Part shown: piece by piece, positions 7,881-17,885 of the stretch
Layout: every line of letters begins with the position of its first letter
Position numbering within the stretch: the first letter of the stretch is position 1
Virus record (IMG/VR): IMGVR_UViG_3300049781_000104
Span: 1 to 32,761 of that record
From: a virus
Taxonomy: Duplodnaviria > Caudoviricetes
Strand: one strand, 5' to 3'
DNA length: 32,761 bases
Notes under the pieces: generated by a model
Databases searched by the model: none
Told to the model about the DNA's origin: nothing
What the model saw: only the letters and a program-made list of their open reading frames with translations
Program-made: the position numbers and the translations under genes

Positions 7881-9083
7881 GTGAACTTACCGTACGTTCC
7901 CGCGAAAGTCTACCGCGGCCCTAAAGAGTGGTATGTTACCTTTTATTATCAAAATCCAAAATCGGGAAAATTTGTCCGGTTTAGGGAAAGTTATGGTCTT
8001 AACAAGAAACGGAATATTCCCTTCCGGGAACAAATTGCAAAAGATATTGTAACTGCGATCGATGAGGAGCTGAAGGTTTGGCACAAAACAGGATTTAACC
8101 CCTTTCCTGAAGAGGAAATAAAAGGCGGACCCGCAATATTACCTCACCTTGAGGGTATCGTGGAAGCTTGGAAAGTGACCGAGTCGGACCAACTCTACCG
8201 GACCTATAAGCTGATGAATAATAGGTTTCGGAACTATCTTGCCCAATCGGAAAGGTTAAATCTGACGGCGGCGGACGCGGATCTTAAGTTGGTTAAGAGC
8301 TTCCAGCGCTATTTGATGGAAACTAGGAAATTGGCCCCGAAAACTGTCAACACGACCATCTCCCATATGGGAGGACTATTCGATGAACTGATTCGGCAAG
8401 AAAAAGCGACAGCCAATCCTTTTAGAAATGTCGATCACGTTGATAAAAAAAGTTATAAAGGGATTGCGATTGATTTAGATAGTGAGGAGGATGACTTTAT
8501 CCCATTTACCGCCGCTGAGCTTGACCTGATTTTTGAGCGTCTGGTAAAAGTGGATAGAGACCTTCTACGCTTCTACAGTTTTGTGTATTGGGGCTTTATG
8601 CGGCCTATCGAAATTAGTCGGTTGAAGGTTGGTGATATCGACCTACGTTCGAACCTGGTTAGGGTAGCTAAACCTAATGCTAAGAATAAGTCCGCTGCAT
8701 ACGTACAGATCCTGCAACCCATGCGAGAGCTACTCCTGGAGTTGGACTTGTCCAAGTACCCTAAAACACATTTTCTTTTTGGTTCTACAACACTACTTCC
8801 TGCAGTCGAGCGATCTTGCCAAAAGACTATTTCCAGACGATGGAATAGGCAGGTAACTGTTCCGCTGGAAATTGATAAAAAGCCTTACGGCCTGAAGCAT
8901 TCAGGAAATATTCAATTCATCATAAATAACAAGGGAAAGGTGGACAGGGAATGGATGAAAATGCAGAATCGACATAAAACAAGAGCACAGACCGACAAAT
9001 ACATTGAACGATTGAACGTTTACACAATAGACGAATCGCAATATTACTTTACCCAGCTGCCAAAAAGCGTGACGGTGGAATAA
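7881..9083 (+). CDS. int: Tyrosine recombinase / phage integrase
   Basis: SAM-like core-binding region, FMRPIEI (Arg), KNK, YGLKHSG (variant HxxR box), NRH and TDKY (Tyr). It is adjacent to the att site. Confidence 0.93.
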   Translation: MNLPYVPAKVYRGPKEWYVTFYYQNPKSGKFVRFRESYGLNKKRNIPFREQIAKDIVTAIDEELKVWHKTGFNPFPEEEIKGGPAILPHLEGIVEAWKVTESDQLYRTYKLMNNRFRNYLAQSERLNLTAADADLKLVKSFQRYLMETRKLAPKTVNTTISHMGGLFDELIRQEKATANPFRNVDHVDKKSYKGIAIDLDSEEDDFIPFTAAELDLIFERLVKVDRDLLRFYSFVYWGFMRPIEISRLKVGDIDLRSNLVRVAKPNAKNKSAAYVQILQPMRELLLELDLSKYPKTHFLFGSTTLLPAVERSCQKTISRRWNRQVTVPLEIDKKPYGLKHSGNIQFIINNKGKVDREWMKMQNRHKTRAQTDKYIERLNVYTIDESQYYFTQLPKSVTVE

Positions 9084-9324
9084 CGGTGTTTTTATCCGCT
9101 TTTCTTGTACACGCGCTTCTATACAGAGTTATAACAATATCGTTCACATCTCAACTGCCGACAGAAAAAGCATACAAAAACTTCATAGTTGGGAAGGGGG
9201 GCGGACTTGCTTGGCGCGCCGTAAAAAAAAGCCTGCTTTTACCGACCGACCCTGCCGCTGCCCCTATTCGCCGACTCGGCGGATGATGCCCCCCCATTGA
9301 TATATGAGGGGGGCAAAACGGCCA

Positions 9325-9352
9325 AAAATCGATCAAAATCGATCAAAATCGA
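9325..9352. repeat. Tandem 10-bp repeat (aaaatcgatc, 2.8 copies)
   Basis: Read directly from the sequence. Confidence 0.85.
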
Positions 9353-9417
9353 CAAAAAGTGGCCCAAAATGGGGCAAAAATTGCATTTTCGTCTTTTCGA
9401 GGGAATGAACTTATGCG

Positions 9418-10218
9418 TTACGGAGTTGGGTAGTTCCAAGTTAACACTTCCCACTTTTTCTTCTGATAGCCTGACTTCGTATTGACTGAAACGCCCTGTT
9501 CGAAGACTTTTGACTGCCATCCATTAGCCTGTGTATAAGCAGTCAGTACTTCAGAGGGATAAGAAGACAGTAAAAACCGACCTTGTACTGTAGATAATGT
9601 TTTAAGCAGTGCCTCAAAGTCATCCATACTATATCCATCATAGTGTCCGCAATCTGAATTTGGGTATGGAGGATCACAGTAGAAGAATGTTTGCGCATCG
9701 TCTCTACTATTAATGATATACAATGCATCAGCCGCTTCCAACTGGACGTTTTGGAGTCGGATTGCTAAATCTTCTGTAAAAGCAGCTTTCTTGTTTGTGA
9801 GCTTCCTGGTTACGGTATTCTTGTTGTCCCGCCCCCAAGTGGCTGTCAGCTGTCCACTGAAGCCCTGGCTGCTTAACACCCACACGGCCCAGGCCCTTTT
9901 AATTTGGGAGAACATATCCGGGTTATTGTATATCACCCAAGCCTTCCGGTGAAGATCTCTGCTGTATAGCGTAATCCGTACCTCTTTCTCCAATGAGGTG
10001 AAGTCGTTTTGTACTACCCGATAGAAGTTTATTAATTCCCGGTTGGTATCATTCAATACTTCGTTTACAGACGGGGGCTTGGAAAAGAAGACAGCTCCTC
10101 CTCCAGTGAATGGCTCACAATAGATCGTGTGCGCCGGAATGAGAGGCAGGATTTTTGGCACCAATTTCTGTTTGCCGCCATAATAGGTAATGGGCGTGTT
10201 TAATCGAAAAGCTGACAT
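9418..10218 (-). CDS. DNA adenine methyltransferase, D12/Dam class (orphan)
   Basis: YYGGKQKL, EPFTGGGAVFF, LND and DPPY motifs. Confidence 0.95.
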   Translation of the reverse strand: MSAFRLNTPITYYGGKQKLVPKILPLIPAHTIYCEPFTGGGAVFFSKPPSVNEVLNDTNRELINFYRVVQNDFTSLEKEVRITLYSRDLHRKAWVIYNNPDMFSQIKRAWAVWVLSSQGFSGQLTATWGRDNKNTVTRKLTNKKAAFTEDLAIRLQNVQLEAADALYIINSRDDAQTFFYCDPPYPNSDCGHYDGYSMDDFEALLKTLSTVQGRFLLSSYPSEVLTAYTQANGWQSKVFEQGVSVNTKSGYQKKKWEVLTWNYPTP

Positions 10219-10250
10219 GTATAGAGGTTTAAGTTAACAATACAAATGAT

Positions 10251-11909
10251 TTAACGGGTACCGATTCCTCCCGTACCGGTTGTTTGCATTTTTACCACGC
10301 GCAACACTTTAACTGCCCATAATAGCTGGTCATAGGTGTCGGAAAAGTGGGTGGTGGTGCGCTGATCCATATTGGCATCAGATTCGGGATTCTTGTCTTT
10401 GAACGTCTTGCCTTCTTTGATCTTAGCTGCAGCTTCCTTAATAGAACCAGCAAGGTAGATACATCTCTGCTTATTGATGCCCACAGGCATGGGTTTACCT
10501 TCTTTCGTTGATTTAAGGATATTCTTTATTTCCTCATACTTTATATAGTGTGATGGCGTATCTCCTGTGTAAATACTTTTAACGGCCCATCCATTTTTGC
10601 GTAATGTTTTTTCTACAATCTTATAGTATTCATCTGCCTCGACGCGCTTGCCGGTAGCAGTATGATCGTATGGATAATAGACAAGCTTTTTACCGTGATG
10701 TTTATACCTGTCGCAGAATTTTTGTACCGCATCACTTAACCCTTCTGGTGCCAGCGTATATACTTCGTCATTGGTCCACAAGCCCTTCGGTGCTTTACCG
10801 TTTCTGGTACTTATCTGGCTAACCGGAATAGGAGCAATGCTGTGTTGATAGTCGGCTGTAATGATAAACGGGGTATTGTGCTCTATATCCTGCATATCAG
10901 AGTATTCATGGACCTGATCATCCCAGTCTGGATAAAATACAACTTCCGGCCTTTCGGGGTCATCATTCAAATAGGTAATCCTGAAGTCATAATCACTTTT
11001 GCTGTTGCGGAGCTTGTCTCTTAGCCACTTTTCTCCTCCCAGGTTGTTTATATTCTCCAATGACGAAAATTCACAGTAGAATACCATATCTTTTCGTAGT
11101 TCGTTCAGAATGTTTTTCTTCTGCCTGATGACTTTTCTTAGCTCTGCTTGCTTTTTCTCGCCGGATTTATAATAAAGCTCGATGTCACTATTTAATGATA
11201 TCTGTATTGTAATAACAGTGTTTATCAACTGCCAATCGTTAAGCTTTCGTTTATCCAAGATGTGTTTAATGTGGCTGTAAGGCGCTCCCTTGCCGGGTTT
11301 CTTGTCTGAAGCGAAGAACTTAGAGAGGTATTCAGATTGATGTTTGAAATGTTGTTCGTTACCACGGAATATTGGGAAAATTTCATCTTCCAGCTGCCTG
11401 ACATCCATAAACTTGAATTCATCGAATACCCCCCATTGTATTGATAACGCGTTGGATGATGCCTTGCGCGCCAAACTGACCATCTGAACAGCGGTTCCGT
11501 CTTTCCAGATCATGCAGTGTTCATAGTCCAATACAGGAATGAATGGTTTGGGCCAGTTAGCTGGTGGCCGTTTTGAATATACATAATCAATCCCCTCCTG
11601 GTAGCCCATGTCTGCCAATGCTTTCAGCAGTGGGGGCATTGTATTTGCTTCCAGATGTTCATAAGAGAGACCTATAATTGCCCCTGATGATTGTGGCATT
11701 GAATTGACCATGTCAATTACATACGGTGCGATCCCACCTGATGTTTTTCCAGCACCGCGACCTGCAATGGCATATGTCTCGTTAGCCCGCACCAACCGCA
11801 TAAGCATTTGCGGCCTATTCATTTTATACGCCTTTACGTTTTCAAAGACCTGCTCAGGTGTAGGAAGATTAGAGCTCTTCATCAGACAACGCATTTTCAA
11901 GGTCTTCAA
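10251..11909 (-). CDS. terL: Terminase large subunit (true start possibly 11882)
   Basis: Walker A AGRGAGKT, Walker B WGVFDE, and a C-terminal nuclease region (ADYQ, YDHT, HFSDTYD). Confidence 0.9.
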   Translation of the reverse strand: MKTLKMRCLMKSSNLPTPEQVFENVKAYKMNRPQMLMRLVRANETYAIAGRGAGKTSGGIAPYVIDMVNSMPQSSGAIIGLSYEHLEANTMPPLLKALADMGYQEGIDYVYSKRPPANWPKPFIPVLDYEHCMIWKDGTAVQMVSLARKASSNALSIQWGVFDEFKFMDVRQLEDEIFPIFRGNEQHFKHQSEYLSKFFASDKKPGKGAPYSHIKHILDKRKLNDWQLINTVITIQISLNSDIELYYKSGEKKQAELRKVIRQKKNILNELRKDMVFYCEFSSLENINNLGGEKWLRDKLRNSKSDYDFRITYLNDDPERPEVVFYPDWDDQVHEYSDMQDIEHNTPFIITADYQHSIAPIPVSQISTRNGKAPKGLWTNDEVYTLAPEGLSDAVQKFCDRYKHHGKKLVYYPYDHTATGKRVEADEYYKIVEKTLRKNGWAVKSIYTGDTPSHYIKYEEIKNILKSTKEGKPMPVGINKQRCIYLAGSIKEAAAKIKEGKTFKDKNPESDANMDQRTTTHFSDTYDQLLWAVKVLRVVKMQTTGTGGIGTR

Positions 11910-12447
11910 ACGGGATTTCCTCTGCGTATGCTTTTCGCTTCATGTACCTTTGGGCTAAAACAAGCGCTTGATCAGCGGTCATGCCTGTTTCAATCTGCCC
12001 TCCCTGTAGTACAAATTGTAACAAAGTCGGGGTAGAGCCATTATCCGTGATATCTTCCGGCATTGCAAGTACAGCCTTGGTATATTCGCCGATAAACTTT
12101 GGTAGAAAGGGCGCCAACAGTGGGTTGGTTTTGGCCTCTTGTATTAGCAGTGCGATTTGTTCAATGTGGTGACCTAACAGATACTTTTTGCTTATATGCC
12201 TGGTGCTGCCAAATATTTTATGGGTCGCGGTAATGTCTCGTTCAGCTGTATATTTAGATACTGCAAACCTCGTAGAAATCATTGAGATGACATCCTGATT
12301 TGTGTACTTACGAGAACGTATTAATCCGTCTGCAAATGTGCATCGTTCCAGTATCTTTTCTTCGTCAGCATGCAGCGTAATATCGCCCTTCAGCAGAAAC
12401 TGAATTATTCTTGCGTGTGCACTGCCTTTATTCCCTTTTTCAGCCAT
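11869..12447 (-). CDS. Putative terminase small subunit
   Basis: Overlaps terL; HTH-like segment VISMISTRFAVSKYTAERDI; appropriate size and position. Confidence 0.6.
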   Translation of the reverse strand: MAEKGNKGSAHARIIQFLLKGDITLHADEEKILERCTFADGLIRSRKYTNQDVISMISTRFAVSKYTAERDITATHKIFGSTRHISKKYLLGHHIEQIALLIQEAKTNPLLAPFLPKFIGEYTKAVLAMPEDITDNGSTPTLLQFVLQGGQIETGMTADQALVLAQRYMKRKAYAEEIPFEDLENALSDEEL

Positions 12448-13109
12448 TATTCTTCGATATCTATTTTAAGCAATGATTTATAGCGCTTGACCTCTTCCTC
12501 ATATTGTTTGAGTTTTGCCGCGAACCTGGGGTTGTCCGGATATTTTGCGCACTTTATCCGATAATCTCTGACATATCGTTGTGCATTAGCAAGCTTTTGA
12601 GGCCACTTTAAAGGATCGGTGACACTCTCAGTATGCCGGGTGTCCGGAAGCCTGTTGTAGGCAAGGTAAAAGTCCCTTTCTGCATATATTTCGTCACATT
12701 GATCATCGAGGTCTAAGATCCGATGGGCGGCTTCTCCCCTTTCCGAGACCGTTGTCATATCCCAAAGGCGTTGGCTGAGACTCATCATTTCGGCAAACTT
12801 AGGTCGCCATCTTGCTTTAAGTGCGCTTATAACTTTGTCCGAAATTGGCTCTTGGGGCCATGAATTCAGGTCAGTTTTGGGAGGGGGTTCCTGGGTACGG
12901 GAGCTGTTTGATTGGATGGGTTCTACAGCGTCCTTTTTCGTATTAATCAGCTCCTGCAGCGCCGCCAACAGCCTTTTTCGCTTATATTCCGTCTCATGTT
13001 CCTGTGTGAACAGCTTCTTCAATGTGTCATCGTCTCCAAAGGTCAGGTAGAGTGTTACCCCTACCTGATAATTCCGGCCTCCGTTGATCCACTTTCTGAT
13101 AACATCCAT
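12447..13109 (-). CDS. Phage hypothetical protein, first gene of the packaging operon
   Basis: Likely start MDVIRKW at 13109, which fits the late-promoter spacing; TAATG coupling to the next gene. Confidence 0.7.
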   Translation of the reverse strand: MDVIRKWINGGRNYQVGVTLYLTFGDDDTLKKLFTQEHETEYKRKRLLAALQELINTKKDAVEPIQSNSSRTQEPPPKTDLNSWPQEPISDKVISALKARWRPKFAEMMSLSQRLWDMTTVSERGEAAHRILDLDDQCDEIYAERDFYLAYNRLPDTRHTESVTDPLKWPQKLANAQRYVRDYRIKCAKYPDNPRFAAKLKQYEEEVKRYKSLLKIDIEE

Positions 13110-13150
13110 CCTGCCAATTTCGGCGGATGTTTTAACAATTCGAAGGACAG
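13110..13150 (-). promoter_or_regulatory. Putative late promoter A (CTGTCCTT motif)
   Basis: CTGTCCTT starts 41 nt before ATG 13109. Confidence 0.7.
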
Positions 13151-13347
13151 ACTTTACATAGGCGTTGAGCAACGACGACGCGGGAGAATTGTATTATCTC
13201 TTGCATAGACGGTTTACGTTTCTTGAACGCGCGGAGCGCAATTGCTGATGCTGACAAAATCATTGCTAGTTCATCCAGATCTATATCGGATTCAGGATAG
13301 TCCTTGCGGAACTTTAATTTTTCAGTAATGTTTTCCATAATTTTCAT
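13132..13347 (-). CDS. Small hypothetical protein (68-71 aa) with its own putative promoter; candidate antisense target
   Basis: ORF preceded by CTTG-N21-TGAATTTG (Bacteroidota -33/-7-like) and by the 18-bp repeat at 13368-13385. Confidence 0.55.
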   Translation of the reverse strand: MKIMENITEKLKFRKDYPESDIDLDELAMILSASAIALRAFKKRKPSMQEIIQFSRVVVAQRLCKVCPSNC

Positions 13348-13367
13348 CGGTGATGGGTTGAGACGTT

Positions 13368-13385
13368 AACTCCAGTATTAAGTGC
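13368..13385. repeat. 18-bp exact repeat aactccagtattaagtgc, copy 1 (copy 2 at 31252-31269)
   Basis: Direct sequence comparison. Confidence 0.95.
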
Positions 13386-13468
13386 AATGGATTTTTCGCA
13401 AATTCAAAATGGTTAGTTGGGAACGAACAAGGTTTAATGCATGCTGAACATTTTTGGTCTTGACTAAT

Positions 13469-13726
13469 TTATTCAATTAGTCTGATATTAAGAACACTTA
13501 TTTTCTTAATCATCCATTCAAAAAGGAACGGCCTGGTCATGTGAAGCCGGAATCCGGCTGCTGTCATGGCGCTGTTAATGTCATGGATATTGAACTCCAT
13601 CCCCAATGACTCGACAATCTTAATTGAGATGTCCTTCGAGCTTAGGAAAAGTTCCGCGTCCGTGATATCAATAGCAGGGACATAGAACTGTTTAAATATT
13701 GTAACAAGTTTGGATATATCGTCCAT
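13469..13726 (-). CDS. Phage hypothetical protein
   Basis: 85-aa ORF starting 1 nt after the upstream stop. Confidence 0.7.
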   Translation of the reverse strand: MDDISKLVTIFKQFYVPAIDITDAELFLSSKDISIKIVESLGMEFNIHDINSAMTAAGFRLHMTRPFLFEWMIKKISVLNIRLIE

Positions 13727-13727
13727 G

Positions 13728-15587
13728 TTAAATAATTCTTAAAGCTTCACAATTAATAGCACTACAATCCCTACTATCTGGATTAAATGGACTATCAATC
13801 TGGATCCGTGTCAGAATATAGGGAACGTTGCGCAATAGCAGTATTTCTTCCCACTGTAACTGCAAATACTCGTGTAGCTTCAACAGTAAGGTGAAACTGG
13901 CGGCCTCCTGTGAGGTGAGAACCTTTAGCCAATTGTACCAAAATGCTGATAGCAGGCCAGCCTCCTGGTTGATGCCACTGTAACCACTATAGGCAGCACT
14001 ATAATTTCCAACTTTTATTCCGAGTGTGTCGAAGATATGTGGACTGGCGAAGGGATATAATACCTGTGTTCCCCCTTCTGAAACCTCATATGTATCAAAT
14101 CTCATCCCATGATAATAAAGCAGGCGCATACCAAATTTTGTATATCCGGTTTCAGACGGCTTCCCGAATGATACAGAAGGGATCTCTGGTACTTGAACTT
14201 CTATTTGAGACGTCGCTACACCTGCGTTCCCCGGTCTTTTTACACAAGGGAACAGTGCCTTACTATTGGGCCTCCATCCAACATATAGGATCTGGTTGAT
14301 AGTAGTAATTTCCGTCTCGATACTATCGGTTTGATTTTTGGGCTCATAGTCATATATGTTATCTCCAACGTTTGCCCAGTAAAATACAGGGTCAGATGGT
14401 TGGTCATACTTGCATACATAGTATTGGTTTGTCGATATCACCAGCCTGGCCTCGTTGTCATTGTCTTCAGTAGGCTCCGGAAGATCGGTGACGTACATCA
14501 CGGGATCTGACAATTTAAACTCGGTCAAATCAGGAGGGCTCATCATCTCATCTTCTTCGTCAGCCTTTTGTATTAGGCCATATATTTTCTGGGCGGTCTG
14601 AAACGAAAGCTTTATGTTAGCGCGTAACTTTTGCGTCATATCCCGTCGTGCTGCTTTGTAAGGAACCTCGTTTAACCTTACTATTCTACAGGTGCTATTA
14701 TTGAAGTCGAATTGATAACTGAATGCATATCTTTTGGCCAGGTTGAGTAAGAACCGGGCGACATTCCAGTCCTGCGGAACGTGCCTATTGAGATTGATCT
14801 TAACTTCTTTGTTAAATGCTGTTGAGTACCAGTCCAACGCCTGATAGTTGTCAATAAACAGCTTTCTAAAGTCGGGATCCTGTAGTATATCTCCTGTGAC
14901 AGTTAGCCCAAATTGCCTAAAAACCCGCCTTAACAGATACGTTAGATAGATAAAAGGCACCATTGTGTTAATATTCGGTAACACGGCAAGACGGGTCTCG
15001 CCCATAAAATATTCAATTTTGTTCATGAAATTTGGCTGTACGTCCTCGGGAACATCATCACCATTTGTATATTTTGTGGTATCGAAACGCAAAAATCCTG
15101 GATTATAAATAGGTGCGAATACATAGTCTGACTCGTCAGACGTTTTCGTCCACGTACTTTGCGCGTGCTGGAGGAACGTCAGTCCTGGTATGAGCCGTTC
15201 TCCGCCTAAATCAATATCCTTCAACAGAACATTTTTTGCCTGCTGATAAAAACTGCTGATTCCCGCCAGAAAATAGACGCTAATTTCACCTTCTTCCGGC
15301 CTGTTGAGATTTGTGGCCGCGTATTCAGCGACTAATGTTCCCTTGTAGGCGAAAAAGCGGTTCTCATAATATGAGGCGGCTATTTTAATGATCCCTGACT
15401 TATTTACCCCCAATTCATTTATAAACCCGCACAATCTCATGTTGTGAGGACTAGCCTTAAATGTAAAAGGGAAAGAATATTCGCCTATAATTTCATCCCC
15501 CAATGCCAATGGCGTATTGCGGTCAACTTGCGTTGTAGTTCCAACTGGCAGTTCCAGAAACTCACCTTTTATTTCAATGCCTATCAT
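13728..15587 (-). CDS. Putative tail tip / hub protein
   Basis: 619 aa. The N-terminus (LELP...GEYSFPFT...N) resembles Bacteroidota siphovirus minor tail proteins; ATGA-coupled. Confidence 0.65.
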   Translation of the reverse strand: MIGIEIKGEFLELPVGTTTQVDRNTPLALGDEIIGEYSFPFTFKASPHNMRLCGFINELGVNKSGIIKIAASYYENRFFAYKGTLVAEYAATNLNRPEEGEISVYFLAGISSFYQQAKNVLLKDIDLGGERLIPGLTFLQHAQSTWTKTSDESDYVFAPIYNPGFLRFDTTKYTNGDDVPEDVQPNFMNKIEYFMGETRLAVLPNINTMVPFIYLTYLLRRVFRQFGLTVTGDILQDPDFRKLFIDNYQALDWYSTAFNKEVKINLNRHVPQDWNVARFLLNLAKRYAFSYQFDFNNSTCRIVRLNEVPYKAARRDMTQKLRANIKLSFQTAQKIYGLIQKADEEDEMMSPPDLTEFKLSDPVMYVTDLPEPTEDNDNEARLVISTNQYYVCKYDQPSDPVFYWANVGDNIYDYEPKNQTDSIETEITTINQILYVGWRPNSKALFPCVKRPGNAGVATSQIEVQVPEIPSVSFGKPSETGYTKFGMRLLYYHGMRFDTYEVSEGGTQVLYPFASPHIFDTLGIKVGNYSAAYSGYSGINQEAGLLSAFWYNWLKVLTSQEAASFTLLLKLHEYLQLQWEEILLLRNVPYILTRIQIDSPFNPDSRDCSAINCEALRII

Positions 15588-17377
15588 GTCTTGATATAAA
15601 TTGTTGGAGAGGTAACTGAGCTTTCAAGGCCGATTCCTAAGCATCTGATCTTTATACTCAATTTGGTATATGTAAGCGTATTTAGCGTTGCTGTAGGATC
15701 GTTTAAGTAGAGGCCATACCAGACGATAGGAGGCGCTGTTGGATTCTCTCCTACGTATTCCGTCAACGACACCATTACCTCATAGGATGAATGTGCTGGA
15801 TTCCCCTCCCAGGTTATTATTGCAATATTGTCCACCCAGCTTGTCAACGTGATTCCGCTGGCAGGTGGACACGCCGCGTTATTGAGCAGAGGGAATGTTA
15901 ATAGCGCGCTGGCTCCAGAAATAAACCCGCTACCATAAGCCACAATTTTCAGTCTCGCGTGCCTGTATTTTTTTAAATCCAGTAAAACCATTTTGTTTTG
16001 CGATGACCTTTTGAATGGAATTGGCGTGCTATTCACGAGATTGCCCTCGACGTTGTCATAGAAGTCACCTTCAATCGAAAATGCTAAAGCGTCGTCTGCA
16101 TCCCATTCTATTGTGTGTTTGTTTTGGCTGACGGCTGTTATTCTTAGATTGTGTGGTATATTACTGGCATCACTTATCGGTGACAATTGTACATATGAGG
16201 GGGTGAAGTTGACGTTGTCATAACTGAATGCCCACTCAATCGGGAAATCCGGCAACTGTTGACCTTTGCTATAAAGTTTCGTTGTTTTATTGAGAATACG
16301 GGCGTTTACCCACCGCTTATTGATAGCAACCATTCGTTTTCTACTTAACAAAAGTTCCCTGTAACTATCTTGTAAGGCTCGGGTCATATAGCCTGCATTC
16401 CCCTTCCAGGTGATTCTTTCTTTGAAAATAGCATCGTCTATCATGGCCGGTAACTCATTACTGTTATAGTAATATGAGTCCGCGAGCCGTTCTACCTCAG
16501 CAGTTTCGCGTACGTGCTCTGTTTCCCATTTCCCTCGAATCCGGATACTGTCTATTCCCCCTAACGAATTGTAGAAATTAAAGTTGACCTCATCATTGTC
16601 ATACCGGTAGTCCATAGTATATCTGTACGGACCTGCCAGGATCGTACTACCGGATACCACCGAGACTTCCCATGACCTTATTGCCTTCACCGATAGACTG
16701 TCGATCCCCAACTGTATGGCACCCGATGGTATAATGAATAATTGAAATTTGGATATACCTGCAGATGGTCCAACGGCAAGCGATACGGTATTGTCTTCTG
16801 TGCCATCTGCATACATTATTTTTACCGTTGCCCTCACCTGAACCGTTTCATCTGTATATGAGAGGAAATGAAGGAATAGGGATTCATTTATCTTTGCGAG
16901 GTAACCTGTTTTTATCCAGGTCATAAAAGCCTTATTGGCTGGCAAATATTCGATAAAAAAGTTTCCTCCCTGCCAAGCTTCAAAAGAGAGCCCACCTTTG
17001 AGTACAATCCTTTTTTTGTCAACGGTAGAAAGCCATTCGGTGTCAGTGCTGGTACTGGTAAGTTCCCGGAACTCAATGAAAAATTCGCCGCGCTGTATTA
17101 CCACCTGTTGTATGCCAGGAGCAGTCAAGTTCGGCAAGTCAAACGACAACAGGCTATCCAAAATAAACGATATGTCCAAAAATACATTTCCGTTGGGATC
17201 TGGGCTCAAAGATTGTGTAACGATGTCTTTGAACAGATCTTCCCCTGATCGGAACCTAACCTTAACTTCTAGGACCAGTCCAGGAGTATCAATTGCTGTA
17301 TCAGTATGGATTGCATATCTAACCGGATTTCGGCTCCAGCTGATTGCATACGGTTCATCTATGATAAATATTGCCAT
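15584..17377 (-). CDS. Putative distal-tail/structural protein with C-terminal Fn3-like domains
   Basis: FNFYNSLGGID motif; PHNLRITAVSQNKHTIEWD and CPPASGITL...ITWEG are Fn3-like repeats. Confidence 0.65.
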   Translation of the reverse strand: MAIFIIDEPYAISWSRNPVRYAIHTDTAIDTPGLVLEVKVRFRSGEDLFKDIVTQSLSPDPNGNVFLDISFILDSLLSFDLPNLTAPGIQQVVIQRGEFFIEFRELTSTSTDTEWLSTVDKKRIVLKGGLSFEAWQGGNFFIEYLPANKAFMTWIKTGYLAKINESLFLHFLSYTDETVQVRATVKIMYADGTEDNTVSLAVGPSAGISKFQLFIIPSGAIQLGIDSLSVKAIRSWEVSVVSGSTILAGPYRYTMDYRYDNDEVNFNFYNSLGGIDSIRIRGKWETEHVRETAEVERLADSYYYNSNELPAMIDDAIFKERITWKGNAGYMTRALQDSYRELLLSRKRMVAINKRWVNARILNKTTKLYSKGQQLPDFPIEWAFSYDNVNFTPSYVQLSPISDASNIPHNLRITAVSQNKHTIEWDADDALAFSIEGDFYDNVEGNLVNSTPIPFKRSSQNKMVLLDLKKYRHARLKIVAYGSGFISGASALLTFPLLNNAACPPASGITLTSWVDNIAIITWEGNPAHSSYEVMVSLTEYVGENPTAPPIVWYGLYLNDPTATLNTLTYTKLSIKIRCLGIGLESSVTSPTIYIKT

Positions 17378-17378
17378 G

Positions 17379-17885
17379 TCAGTCTATCCATTTTGAAGCA
17401 TCGTACTTAGGCACATTTGTGCTGAAAGTCATGCGAAGTAGCCATCCATATTCGTTTTGTCCTTCCGGTCCAAGCGGCGCAAATTCCGGATGTCTGATAT
17501 TCATTGTTTTTATCCCGTCGCAGATGTCTCCGTTTTCGTAGTCCTCCATCATACGCAGGTAAAAATCTATCAGAATATCAAGAGTTACTTGCCGGGCTGA
17601 TTCGATATTGTCAGAAAGGTTGCCTACGGTTGGATCAACACGGTGAAGGGACTGTAATACCACGCTCCATTCAAAGGCGTCCTGACCACCTTTTCCCGTG
17701 AAGTAGCCCACGGCGTCATCTACTTTGACATAAGGTGATTGAGCAATGGAGCTCTGTGCATAAGCCTGTTCCACCTCGTCCATTCTGAAGAAGGTTTGCC
17801 TCACGTTTTCTTGGTGATCGACAACTTTATGTTTGATGCATAGTTGCTTTATATATTCTTGAAACGATTGAAAAGTAAACGTCAT
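17379..17885 (-). CDS. Phage hypothetical protein (possible tail terminator/neck)
   Basis: 168 aa, coupled within the operon; function inferred from position only. Confidence 0.55.
   Translation of the reverse strand: MTFTFQSFQEYIKQLCIKHKVVDHQENVRQTFFRMDEVEQAYAQSSIAQSPYVKVDDAVGYFTGKGGQDAFEWSVVLQSLHRVDPTVGNLSDNIESARQVTLDILIDFYLRMMEDYENGDICDGIKTMNIRHPEFAPLGPEGQNEYGWLLRMTFSTNVPKYDASKWID

Noticed and set aside
7149-7924. ORFs called across the GC-rich block
   Set aside because: They overlap each other, are Arg/Ala/Pro-rich, and are explained by high GC and inverted repeats.
8860-8910. Inactive integrase because HxxR is replaced by YGLK
   Set aside because: The YxLKH(S/T)G variant is common in Bacteroidota integrases, and the catalytic Arg and Tyr are present.
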